Source: Elusimicrobiota bacterium (GTDB lineage: Bacteria > Elusimicrobiota > Elusimicrobia > JACQPE01). From it: a DNA stretch of 64,000 nt. The notes beneath the pieces are model-generated. The model was given only the letters and a program-made list of their open reading frames with translations, had not been told where the DNA came from and ran no database searches. The translations under genes were made by a program, and so were the position numbers. The stretch is taken from positions 15,913 through 79,912 of the forward strand of contig JACPAN010000010.1 of assembly GCA_016180815.1 (NCBI GenBank), in the 5' to 3' direction. Positions 25,576 through 34,412 of the stretch are shown here, one piece after another. Positions within the stretch are counted from its first letter, which is position 1. The number at the start of each line of letters is the position of its first letter.

Positions 25576-26022
25576 TTATGCCTTCGGCAAAACAAAACCT
25601 TCAGACCTAAGGCCTACGGCTTGGGCGGCAAGACCCTGCCGGACATCATGGGTGGCAAACAGCAGTTCCCTTTTTTCATGCTCGAGTAAATGTAGGGCTG
25701 AAGCGAGATGAATGGCATCAAGCGTTCCAATAACGGTTGGAAAACTTGCGGCGGCTCGATCAAGTATGGAAGCGCTTAAGACGATAAGATTGAAAGCCTG
25801 CAAGGCCTTTACCAGGGTCTGCGTTTTATCCGCCATTTCAAAATCGTTGAGCTTACCTTCAAGACGATAACGATCCAAAACCCTCAAAGCTTCCACTCTT
25901 GTAAGTTCGCTGGTATAAAGATTCACATCAGACCCCAAGAAAGAGCTCGCACCGCCGGAGTCGAGTATCTTGCGAAGGATGACCGAAGAGTCCAAGTAAG
26001 CGATCAATGGGGCGGAACTCAC
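25576..26022 (-). CDS. vapC: PIN-domain toxin (VapC family)
   Basis: 148 aa. The N-terminal YLDSSVIL and the acidic residues (D..E..D) fit the PIN fold. It overlaps the upstream antitoxin by 4 nt. Confidence 0.8.
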   Translation of the reverse strand: MSSAPLIAYLDSSVILRKILDSGGASSFLGSDVNLYTSELTRVEALRVLDRYRLEGKLNDFEMADKTQTLVKALQAFNLIVLSASILDRAAASFPTVIGTLDAIHLASALHLLEHEKRELLFATHDVRQGLAAQAVGLRSEGFVLPKA

Positions 26023-26303
26023 CGCCTATCTCTATCTTCGCGCAGATCGGCGACGACATCAATTTTGTGTCGTAAAGGACGGGTTTTTAAACGTAAAAAT
26101 TGCTCGGGGCTTGCCTTAGCTGGAATGACTTTGAAATCACTCACCGACTTAGGTGAGGCCAAAATTTTAGCAATCGGTGTTTTTCGATCTAAAACCAAAA
26201 CTTCTTCTCCCCTCTTAACCAAATTAAGGTAATAACTTAAACGCGCCTTAAGATTAGCAATATTAGCTGATATCATGACTATATTATAGTCATAAGTAGT
26301 CAT
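26019..26303 (-). CDS. Phd/YefM-type antitoxin partner of VapC
   Basis: MTTYDYNIVMISANIANLKARLSYYLNLVKRGEEVLVLDRKTPIAKI resembles the Phd/YefM N-terminal fold. The longer track ORF reaching 26447 would overlap the upstream gene. Confidence 0.65.
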   Translation of the reverse strand: MTTYDYNIVMISANIANLKARLSYYLNLVKRGEEVLVLDRKTPIAKILASPKSVSDFKVIPAKASPEQFLRLKTRPLRHKIDVVADLREDRDRR

Positions 26304-26320
26304 ATTTTCAACAGCCTGGA

Positions 26321-27052
26321 TCAAATCATTCGAAACAACGCCAAACTGTTTAGCCTTAGCCAAACTCTTCGGGATTTGTAGTCGGGCAAAACGGATTGCA
26401 CCATCCGCCAGAACCGGTCCGAATGATTGGGGTGCTTCAGGTGGCACAATTCATGGACCACCACATATTCCAAAACCGGCGCAGGGGTCATGGCCAGACG
26501 CCAATTAAATCTTAGATTTCCTTTGCCGGAGCAGCTTCCCCAGCGGCTTTTTTGATTGCCGACCCGGCACTTTGCCGGTGTGACGCCTAGGATAGGCGCA
26601 TACTGTTGCATGTGTTCTTGTATTTTCTGCGCGGCCAAGCCCTTATAAAAGTCCATCAGAGCGCGCCGCGCCGCCTCTTTCAAATCGTTTTGCTTGCCGG
26701 CGGGCAAAACCATTCTTAGGCAGCCATCTTCGATACCGCAAAAATTACGTTTAACCGCTTCGGATATCGCAAACTGAAATCTGTAATTTTTCCCCAGCAC
26801 CGGGAAGGATTCTCCGCTGACGAATTCCCTGGGCGGATGCTCCGCGAGCCGGTTGCGGAAAAAATCGGTCTGTCTAAATATCCAATCCGCATGTTTGAGC
26901 ACAAAGGCTTCAATGTCCTTTTGCCGGGCGGATTTGGGCGCACTGACCGCCACTTCCCCCTCTTGATTGATGCGCAAGGTCAACCTGCGCTTCCAGGCTC
27001 TAAATTTCAAGGAATACTCAATTTTCTTGTCTTGATGCAAAATTTCCGGCAT
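26321..27052 (-). CDS. DUF45/YgjP-like zinc metallohydrolase (HExxH)
   Basis: 243 aa with HELCHLKHPNHSDRFW (HExxH plus a downstream H). Sits 18 nt upstream of the antitoxin gene. Confidence 0.8.
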   Translation of the reverse strand: MPEILHQDKKIEYSLKFRAWKRRLTLRINQEGEVAVSAPKSARQKDIEAFVLKHADWIFRQTDFFRNRLAEHPPREFVSGESFPVLGKNYRFQFAISEAVKRNFCGIEDGCLRMVLPAGKQNDLKEAARRALMDFYKGLAAQKIQEHMQQYAPILGVTPAKCRVGNQKSRWGSCSGKGNLRFNWRLAMTPAPVLEYVVVHELCHLKHPNHSDRFWRMVQSVLPDYKSRRVWLRLNSLALFRMI

Positions 27053-27107
27053 TGAAACAGATGATCATTATATCGGCATTTGTCGGCAACGAATCACGCT
27101 ATTGCAA

Positions 27108-27131
27108 AATCGTACGACTTCTGGTACGATT
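27108..27131. promoter_or_regulatory. Palindromic putative YefM operator in a divergent promoter region
   Basis: AATCGTAC-gacttctg-GTACGATT is an inverted repeat with a GTAC core, 5-14 nt upstream of the yefM start codons. Confidence 0.4.
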
Positions 27132-27135
27132 CATT

Positions 27136-27378
27136 ATGATCACAATGACGGTGAGCGAAGCCAGGACGAACCTATACCGCCTGATCGACCGGTCGGCGGC
27201 CTCCCATGAACCCGTGCACATTACGGGGAAACGGACGCATGCCGTATTGATTTCAGAAGAAGATTGGCGCTCTATTCAAGAGACGCTTTACCTGCTTTCC
27301 ATTCCCAAGATGCGCCGATCCATCAAAAAAGGTTTAAAAACTCCGATCTCCCAGTGCGCTAAAAGCCTTAAGTGGTAG
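27136..27378 (+). CDS. yefM: YefM antitoxin
   Basis: MITMTVSEARTNLYRLIDRSAASHEPVHITGKRTHAVLISEEDWRSIQETLYLLSIP is a classic YefM/Phd sequence. The start is either the Met at 27136 or the one at 27145. Confidence 0.85.
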   Translation: MITMTVSEARTNLYRLIDRSAASHEPVHITGKRTHAVLISEEDWRSIQETLYLLSIPKMRRSIKKGLKTPISQCAKSLKW

Positions 27379-27638
27379 TTTGGCGCCTAGTCTATACTAA
27401 GGACGCCCAGAAGGATGCTAAAAAACTTGCCCAAGCCGGGCTAAAAACGAAAGCCCAAAAACTGCTGGATATTATCGCTAAAAACCCTTTTGCCAACCCG
27501 CCCCCTTTTGAAAAACTGGTAGGCGACCTTGCCGGAGCCTATTCACGCAGAATCAATATTCAGCACCGTTTGGTGTATCAAGTCCTCAAAGACATAAAAA
27601 CCGTCAAAGTCCTTCGGATGTGGACTCATTACGAATAA
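27372..27638 (+). CDS. yoeB: YoeB/Txe toxin
   Basis: LVYTKDAQKDAKKL ... RRINIQHRLVYQV...RMWTHYE matches YoeB. It overlaps the yefM stop. Confidence 0.85.
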   Translation: MVVWRLVYTKDAQKDAKKLAQAGLKTKAQKLLDIIAKNPFANPPPFEKLVGDLAGAYSRRINIQHRLVYQVLKDIKTVKVLRMWTHYE

Positions 27639-27651
27639 ATAAACGATTGAT

Positions 27652-28065
27652 TTACTCGCCCAGGATTTTAACGATGACGCGTTTTTTTCTTTGGCCGTCG
27701 AATTCCGCGTAAAAGACCTGTTCCCAGGGGCCTAAGTCGAGTTTGCCTGCGGTCACGGGCAAAACAGTCTGGTAATGGATCAGCGTTCTTTTTAAATGCG
27801 CGTCGCCGTTATCTTCTCCGGTTTGATGGTGGCGGTAATCGCCGACCGGCGCCAGGCGCTCAAGCAAATCCATTAAATCCTGTTTCAACCCCTCCTCTTC
27901 ATCATTGACCCAAATGCCGGCGGTGATATGCATGGCGCTGACCAGGCACATGCCCTCTTGAATCCTGCTTTTGGTGACCAGCTCTTGAATGGTTTGGGTG
28001 ATATTGGTCAAGTCCTTGCGTTTCTTGGTGTTGAAATAAAGATATTCGGTGAAACTTGTCATGAT
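27652..28065 (-). CDS. yjbQ: YjbQ/UPF0047 family protein
   Basis: [23 protein letters not shown]...[20 protein letters not shown] is typical of UPF0047. The start is taken at the internal Met to avoid overlapping the upstream gene. Confidence 0.75.
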   Translation of the reverse strand: MMTSFTEYLYFNTKKRKDLTNITQTIQELVTKSRIQEGMCLVSAMHITAGIWVNDEEEGLKQDLMDLLERLAPVGDYRHHQTGEDNGDAHLKRTLIHYQTVLPVTAGKLDLGPWEQVFYAEFDGQRKKRVIVKILGE

Positions 28066-28796
28066 TTTAACGCGGCCGCGATTTTTTCCCGGCAAGCCTT
28101 TTGATCGTTCATGATTTCCCCCTCCGACAACCTTAAAATACGCCAACCCAAAACGCTCAGATCAGCGTCTTTTATTTTGTCTTTTTGTTTCTGATCGGCA
28201 CGGCGATGGGAACGGAACCCGTCGCATTCAATGCCCAAACGGCTGGTTTTCAGAAATAGCGCAAAATCAAGGCGCCATCGTTTTTTAGGAGTCAGGCGAA
28301 TCGTGTATTCTCTTCGATAAGGAAAACCGGTTGCCTTCACATACTCCTCGACCATCTCTTCGATAGGCGGCAAATCAAAAAGCTCTTTAACTTCCCGACA
28401 GTTTTTGAGTTTTCCCAAAGTGGTGAAGCCGAAGGTCACGCGCATGCGGCGCTGATTAAGAATAGGTTGAGGCAACGTGCGGCAAGGACCTAAATGTAAA
28501 AGATAATACGGCTCATTGGCTCTGGGATGTTCCGGCTCATCTCTAACGATATCGCGGCGCTTTACGGTTTCTATTTTCCGAACACTCGCCCAGTATCTGA
28601 TTAAACCATCAAACCCCTGGGGCCGCATTTTAATAAGGCCCAAATTTTCTTGGGTAGACACCGGCTGATAAAAAGCGACATAACGGAGTTTTCGTTTGGG
28701 GGCATGGGATTGGGGAATGCGGTAGAGACGCGAACGAAGAATCATGTTTAAGTCTTTGGGGGATTTGACGACGCAGATTAAAACGTTGCGGGTCAT
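28059..28796 (-). CDS. DUF559 (Vsr-like endonuclease fold) domain protein with an unknown N-terminal domain
   Basis: C-terminal [55 protein letters not shown] matches the DUF559 endonuclease domain. Its start overlaps the GT4 stop by 4 nt. Confidence 0.6.
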   Translation of the reverse strand: MTRNVLICVVKSPKDLNMILRSRLYRIPQSHAPKRKLRYVAFYQPVSTQENLGLIKMRPQGFDGLIRYWASVRKIETVKRRDIVRDEPEHPRANEPYYLLHLGPCRTLPQPILNQRRMRVTFGFTTLGKLKNCREVKELFDLPPIEEMVEEYVKATGFPYRREYTIRLTPKKRWRLDFALFLKTSRLGIECDGFRSHRRADQKQKDKIKDADLSVLGWRILRLSEGEIMNDQKACREKIAAALKS

Positions 28797-29959
28797 AGAC
28801 GTGTTGTGATTGGAGAAAAAAGAGAGGAATAAAGCTTTTCCTGGCGGCGGACCATGGCATCGATATCGAAATCCTCATTAATCGCGGCCTTGGCTGCCGT
28901 AGACAGGGATTTGCGCTGACCGGCATCTTCAAGCACGGCCTTGAGCCTGCGTTCCATGGCATCAAGGTCGCCCGAAGTCAAAAGAAAGCCGTTCTTGCCG
29001 TTTTGAATCACTTCCCTTAAACCATCCGCGGCATAAGCCAACACAGGCAAGCCCAGGCGCAAGGCTTCCACCGAAGATCTCGGCAGTCCTTCCCATAAAC
29101 TGGTCATAACGAAAATATCCGAAGCATTGAGGATTTCCCGGACATCTTCGCGCCAACCCAAATATTTAAGATTGGGCGGCGCTTGCTGAAAAATCGTTTC
29201 CCGCGCTCCGCCCCCCTCCCAGCCGCCAATGAATAAAAAGACAGGCAGTGAGGCATGATTCTTGAAGCGCCGGGCAAGCTCGATATAGTGCTCCGGGTTT
29301 TTCTGAGCCTTTAAATTGCCGACCGTGGCCACAACCAAAGCGTCGGTGGACAAATTCAACTCTTTGCGTTTTTTATTGCGATGATCCGCGCTCAACTGAT
29401 CCAGAGACTTGAGCGCCACCCCGCTGCGGATAAGAACCGGGGGCTCTTTAGCCGTAATATTCCAACGCTTGGCGTATTCTTCATTGCTTTTGGAAACGAA
29501 AACAAACTGGGTCGTGATTTTTCCGGTGATGCGCTCGGAAAAAGCCAGGAGGCTGCGGGTTAAGGGCTTTTGAAAATCATGAAAACCGAATCCGTGGAAA
29601 GTGTGGATGACAACGGGAACGCCGGCCAGTTTCGCGGCCCATCGGCCTAAAATGCCGGCCTTGGAAGAATGGGTATGGATGATATCGGGCCGAATGCGCC
29701 GCAAATAAACAATCAGCTCAAACAAAGCCAATAAATCCCACCAAGGCCGAATTTGACGCTTCATGAAGCGCAGCCAATGAATCTGAATTCCCTTGGGAAG
29801 CAACAGGGCTTCTTTATCCAAATATCCGCCCACGCCGCAGACCAGATGGACGTCGAAGCCTTCCCTGTTTAAATGGCCGACAGTATAAAGGGTATTTTGC
29901 TGAGCGCCCCCGAATTCAAGTTTGGTGATTAAGTGAAGGACTCTGATCTTGCCTTGCAA
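28793..29959 (-). CDS. Glycosyltransferase family 4 (GT-B)
   Basis: 388 aa starting RVLHLITKLEFGGAQ, with an EGLPRSSVEAL-type EX7E region. Confidence 0.85.
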   Translation of the reverse strand: MQGKIRVLHLITKLEFGGAQQNTLYTVGHLNREGFDVHLVCGVGGYLDKEALLLPKGIQIHWLRFMKRQIRPWWDLLALFELIVYLRRIRPDIIHTHSSKAGILGRWAAKLAGVPVVIHTFHGFGFHDFQKPLTRSLLAFSERITGKITTQFVFVSKSNEEYAKRWNITAKEPPVLIRSGVALKSLDQLSADHRNKKRKELNLSTDALVVATVGNLKAQKNPEHYIELARRFKNHASLPVFLFIGGWEGGGARETIFQQAPPNLKYLGWREDVREILNASDIFVMTSLWEGLPRSSVEALRLGLPVLAYAADGLREVIQNGKNGFLLTSGDLDAMERRLKAVLEDAGQRKSLSTAAKAAINEDFDIDAMVRRQEKLYSSLFSPITTRL

Positions 29960-29960
29960 T

Positions 29961-31271
29961 TTAAACCGTGGAGGCTGACAAGACTTTTTCCGCGGCTGCT
30001 TTGCCGTCTAAAATCGCTTCCTCCATAAAGGAATACTTCCACGCTCCGTAGCGGCCCGTTGACAGAATATTGTTTTGCTCAAGGAATTTGAAGGCTTCGG
30101 GCAGGAAATTCCTGCGCTCCTTGGTGAAAATGACATAGGCCGGGGCAATGCGTATCCACTTGGTCATGGACACCTCGTCTTTAGGCCGCATCCAGCCCAA
30201 ACCGCGAAGAGCCGAAATCGTGTGATTGAGCATTTTCTTATAGTCGAAATGCTCCCGTTCCCAGGCCGCAAATTCCACGTAAAAAGAGCTCATGCCCGGC
30301 GGCGCCAGGGCCGGAGCGAAATTGCTCGATGTGCCGATGCGGTAAAAACGAAACTTGCCTTCGGGAAAATAGACCCAATGTTTTTCGCTGGGTTTGGGAT
30401 TAGTGATGCCCAAATTCAGGTTATAAACCACGGTGTAATTTAAAGCCTTGGCTCTGGCTGCGTCGAGCGCTTTGGGCAGGCGCGGGGTCAATCGCTCCAA
30501 AAATTGGTTCAAGGGAGCCGTATTGATCAGCCAGTCGTAAGAATAGCGGCGGCCCTGGCTGGTGGTGAGCTCTTTTTTCTGCCAATTGATTTCAACGACA
30601 TCAACGCCCATGTAAAGGTCCGCGCCCTCTAGACAGGAAGCGATCGCGTCCGGAAGAGCCTGGATGCCCCCTTGCTTGGGGTAATAAAACGTGGCGTTAT
30701 AGCCGAAGAATTTCTTCTGATCAACGAGAGCTCCGTAGAGAACTTCTTCGCGAGAAGGCACGGGGACGAAATTCCTGATCCACTCCGTCGTCATTTTTTT
30801 CAAATCAACGCGCCAAAGCTTGCGGTTGTAAGGAAACATGAAATGATTGGAGATGCCCGCGCCGAAGGTTTCCAGGCACCAATCGTGGAAACTCGGATCC
30901 GGGGAAGGCTTGGCCATTTTGTCCCTGGTTTTTAGAAAGGAAACAACGCAGTCCGCGACGATTTTAGGCGGCAGGCCGTAAGTATTGGCTTGGTAAGGGA
31001 AACGCGTGAAAACATTCTTGGAATAAATCCAGGAATCCCGTTTCAAGAGCGCCAATTTGTCTTTAAGCAGATTGTCGATCAGCCAGCCTTTGGTGTAAGG
31101 ATTGTGCATATGCAGCAAATGGCCGGTTTTGTCGAAGGTGAATCCGGCCTCATGCTCGGACGCGGCCAAGCCTCCGACCTTTGTGTCTTTTTCAAAAATA
31201 ACCCAATCGCGCTTTAAGTGATAGGCGGCTGAAAGCCCGGCCAAGCCTCCGCCGATAATGACCGTCGTCAT
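29961..31271 (-). CDS. FAD-dependent oxidoreductase, UDP-galactopyranose mutase-like
   Basis: N-terminal GGGLAGL dinucleotide-binding motif and a C-terminal GRYGAWKY (Glf-like GRxGxYxY). Confidence 0.55.
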   Translation of the reverse strand: MTTVIIGGGLAGLSAAYHLKRDWVIFEKDTKVGGLAASEHEAGFTFDKTGHLLHMHNPYTKGWLIDNLLKDKLALLKRDSWIYSKNVFTRFPYQANTYGLPPKIVADCVVSFLKTRDKMAKPSPDPSFHDWCLETFGAGISNHFMFPYNRKLWRVDLKKMTTEWIRNFVPVPSREEVLYGALVDQKKFFGYNATFYYPKQGGIQALPDAIASCLEGADLYMGVDVVEINWQKKELTTSQGRRYSYDWLINTAPLNQFLERLTPRLPKALDAARAKALNYTVVYNLNLGITNPKPSEKHWVYFPEGKFRFYRIGTSSNFAPALAPPGMSSFYVEFAAWEREHFDYKKMLNHTISALRGLGWMRPKDEVSMTKWIRIAPAYVIFTKERRNFLPEAFKFLEQNNILSTGRYGAWKYSFMEEAILDGKAAAEKVLSASTV

Positions 31272-32296
31272 GAGATTGGTTTGGGCTTAATTTTAGTCAA
31301 ACCCCAGGCAATAATGAATAAAGTGGCGATTAAAGCGCCGTAAATCAGCGCGGCGACAATGGGTTCAGTGACCTGCGTAATCAAATAAGCGACCATGGAA
31401 AAGGCCAAGGTTGCGGCTCCCATGACCAAAACGATTTTTTCCTCGGAAAAACCCAGGGCCTGAAGCCTGTGAGCGATATGATCCCTGCTGCCGCGAAAAG
31501 GCGAGAGCCCTTGCTTGGTCCTGATATACATCAGAAAAAAAGTCTCGAAAATCGGAACCCCGAGGATCAAGATCGGCGCGTAAACAGCGTAGGGATTGTA
31601 TGTCGAATAAGAGGAGCCCAAGGCCAGAACAGCCAGCAAATAACCCAAGGTCAGGCTGCCGGCGTCGCCCATGAAAACCTTTTTGCGCGAGGATAAATTA
31701 TGGGGCAGGAATCCGATTGTGGACCCTAAAATGGCGGCGGCCAAAATATTAACCAACACATCCTCGGATGGAAAACTGATGGCTAAAAAACTCGCGGCGG
31801 CGATGGCCACCTGGGTTGCGGCCAAGCCGTCGAGGATATCGATGAGGTTGATCGAATTGGCCACGCCCACGACCCAAAGCAGCGAAAGAAAAACGGCCAA
31901 ATAATTGGGGTGCAGGAATTGAATGTGGATCGAGGCGACCATCAGCACGCCAGCGGCCAGAAATTGAAAAATAAATTTCCAGCGATAAGGCACGCCGCCG
32001 GGCCGGGTGTCGTCAATCAAGCCCAAGGTGAAAATAATCACCGCGCCTAGAAGAATGTAGCGGAAATTGCTGATCGTGCCCGTCGGGTAATGGGTTAAAA
32101 AACGCGCGGCCGCCAGCACCAGGACAATGGAACAAAAAATAGCGACGCCGCCTAAACGGGGCGTGGGCCGGGCATGGCTTTTCAACTGATGATCCGGCAA
32201 ATCGAAAAGCCCGGCCCGAAAAGCCAGCCAGCGCACCACGGGCATCAGGCACAAAGACAACAGAAACGAAGCGACGGCGATGCTTAAATAAACCAT
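31268..32296 (-). CDS. Polyprenyl-phosphate N-acetylhexosamine-1-phosphate transferase (WecA/MraY family)
   Basis: 342-aa polytopic protein with the LIDDT..G motif, NSINLIDILDGLA and FMGDAGSLTLGY. Confidence 0.85.
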   Translation of the reverse strand: MVYLSIAVASFLLSLCLMPVVRWLAFRAGLFDLPDHQLKSHARPTPRLGGVAIFCSIVLVLAAARFLTHYPTGTISNFRYILLGAVIIFTLGLIDDTRPGGVPYRWKFIFQFLAAGVLMVASIHIQFLHPNYLAVFLSLLWVVGVANSINLIDILDGLAATQVAIAAASFLAISFPSEDVLVNILAAAILGSTIGFLPHNLSSRKKVFMGDAGSLTLGYLLAVLALGSSYSTYNPYAVYAPILILGVPIFETFFLMYIRTKQGLSPFRGSRDHIAHRLQALGFSEEKIVLVMGAATLAFSMVAYLITQVTEPIVAALIYGALIATLFIIAWGLTKIKPKPIS

Positions 32297-32297
32297 C

Positions 32298-34409
32298 TCA
32301 GCTTTCCATTAGACGAAATACATGTTTTGATGGGCAATCAATTTCCAAACGAACCTGAAGCCTGGGCGTTGGGATGGAAACGCCGAAGGCCGGGGAATAG
32401 CGGCCCTGGGTTGCGCTCAGGGGAAACGGCGCTTCCAAAACAAATCGCCGGCCGCTCGGCGTTTTAAATCGAGCGGTCCCGCCCGCCAATTCCAAAAACC
32501 CGATATCAGGGGCCAAAACAAAAGACCAAGCGGCTGAGATACGCGCCGGCGAACCAGGAGCGCCAAGAAGAATTTCATCTTCGATCTCCAAGGAAAACAA
32601 CGCTTGAGATAGAACTGTTTTGAAGCTGCGGCGATGGATCACCGGCGGTTTCAAGCGTTTGTATCCGTCATGCTCGCCGGTAAAAACGAAACGGCCGTCG
32701 AAAGCATTGAATGTACCGGCCAAAACCTTGGGCGCCGAAACATCGGGGCGCAGCCCGAACGGGCCCACGTCCATGCGGTTCTGCTCCTGTCCGCCGAGCA
32801 TTAAGGTGTTGTGATGGCTGGTTGAACGAAACTGATCGCGCGCGGCCCGGTCGCGCAAATAAACGCCGGTTCCGGGATCGACACAAATATCTTCGCCGTA
32901 AAGCGTCAAATGAAAGCCCAGTCGGTCGTTATGCGCATGCCCGCCTTGCCCGCCCTGGCCGTTGTTAGAACAACTGATCGCCAAAAAATGCTTGCGCTCA
33001 TTGTCGCGCACGCTGTAAATGCCGCCTTGCGGTAGTTGATGATGCTCAAGGCTCGCGGGCCGGACCGGTTTTTGTTGACGCCGGGCAGCCCAGCGATCAA
33101 GGGCGCTCGGCCCGAAAAACCACAAGGCCTCGGGCGTCAGATGCCCTTCCGCCATGGAAGGCGCGTGCTCAAACGCCAGCTCGCCCAAACCGTAAAGATA
33201 AGAACAATCCAATGGAGCCCGTTCCGGAGCCAGGTTCAGAAGCCGGCCCGAATCATTATCCCCGAATTGAACCATTTGCCCGCCGGGCTTCATAAAGACG
33301 CGCAGGGCTTCGAACATGCGGGCCAGTTTTTTTCCGTAGGACTTGAGCAAGGGCCGCCCCGTCTTATCGCAGACGACCCAGGCCCCCAGAAAAAATTCGG
33401 CGGCCAAGCGGTGGTAGCAAGTGGAGCTTTCAAAATCCATCCCATCCTCGTAAACCTGGACATCCATCTGCTCGCCGAAACTTTTCCTGGCCAATTCCCC
33501 CCACTGGCCGGAGGCCTGAAAATGCGGGTAACATTCGGCTAAAAACAGCAGGCCGATTAAATCGCCGAGCAAATGATTATTAGGAGCTTCCAAATTCTTA
33601 ATGATATGAAGGGCATGGTTGAAAACAAAAGACGGCAAAATTTTGTCCAAGCGGCTTGCCAAGTCGCCATGGCGCTGGAGCTTGGCGCCCGACAGGCCCA
33701 AGGCGAACAACACATTGACCGCGCGCAGGCCCACATCCATGGCGCAGGCCCAATTGACCCCGTATCCGGGAGGATTCAAACGATGCCAATCTTCAAGCTG
33801 CCGGACGATTTCTTCCAAAAACCTTGGATCGGATGTCAGGCAAAACGCCTGGGCCAAGGTGACCAAATGATGAAAACGGGAAAGTTCCCAAGGAAGCTTC
33901 ACATCAACCCCGTCAAGCTCGTTAAACGGACAATCAAGGTAAGTTCCGGCGGGATCCCAACGGTAGGGATGAATCCAATCATAATGCCACGGCAAATAAG
34001 TCGGCTCATGACTGAAGCGCGAAGCAAAGTCCGCGCTCAAGGCGCGCAGGTTCCTCGGCTGAGGCTCTAAAATCTGATAGTCGCCGGCTAAATATTGCTC
34101 GGCTTTCCGGCGAATCTCAGCCGCATGTTCAGGGAAAAGTTCCAAAATCATGGCTTTAAGTTTATCGACCTCCGCGTTCGCCCAGAAAGGAAAAATAAGC
34201 TCAAGATGCCCCGGGAATTGATCGCGGCGTTCGGGTTTGAGCGCAAAGCGCAAATGCCGCTCGCCCGCCCAAGACGGACGGCCCAAGAGGGACTTGGCGC
34301 GCAGGTATTGATTGCGGCCATGGGCGCGGATTTTTTTTAAGGCTTTTTTCGCGAGAAGATCCAACGGCAGATTTTTAACTTTACGAAAATTCTCCCTGAT
34401 GCCTGACAC
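32298..34409 (-). CDS. Heparinase II/III-like (polysaccharide lyase/epimerase-like) protein
   Basis: 703 aa. The WELSRFHHL and NHLLGDL regions match the heparinase II/III-like family that I recall from capsule and O-antigen clusters. Confidence 0.7.
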   Translation of the reverse strand: MSGIRENFRKVKNLPLDLLAKKALKKIRAHGRNQYLRAKSLLGRPSWAGERHLRFALKPERRDQFPGHLELIFPFWANAEVDKLKAMILELFPEHAAEIRRKAEQYLAGDYQILEPQPRNLRALSADFASRFSHEPTYLPWHYDWIHPYRWDPAGTYLDCPFNELDGVDVKLPWELSRFHHLVTLAQAFCLTSDPRFLEEIVRQLEDWHRLNPPGYGVNWACAMDVGLRAVNVLFALGLSGAKLQRHGDLASRLDKILPSFVFNHALHIIKNLEAPNNHLLGDLIGLLFLAECYPHFQASGQWGELARKSFGEQMDVQVYEDGMDFESSTCYHRLAAEFFLGAWVVCDKTGRPLLKSYGKKLARMFEALRVFMKPGGQMVQFGDNDSGRLLNLAPERAPLDCSYLYGLGELAFEHAPSMAEGHLTPEALWFFGPSALDRWAARRQQKPVRPASLEHHQLPQGGIYSVRDNERKHFLAISCSNNGQGGQGGHAHNDRLGFHLTLYGEDICVDPGTGVYLRDRAARDQFRSTSHHNTLMLGGQEQNRMDVGPFGLRPDVSAPKVLAGTFNAFDGRFVFTGEHDGYKRLKPPVIHRRSFKTVLSQALFSLEIEDEILLGAPGSPARISAAWSFVLAPDIGFLELAGGTARFKTPSGRRFVLEAPFPLSATQGRYSPAFGVSIPTPRLQVRLEIDCPSKHVFRLMES

Positions 34410-34412
34410 GGG

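Noticed and set aside
33036-34070. Two plus-strand ORFs (168 and 165 aa) inside the heparinase-like gene
   Set aside because: Antisense, no signatures, overlapping a long conserved frame.
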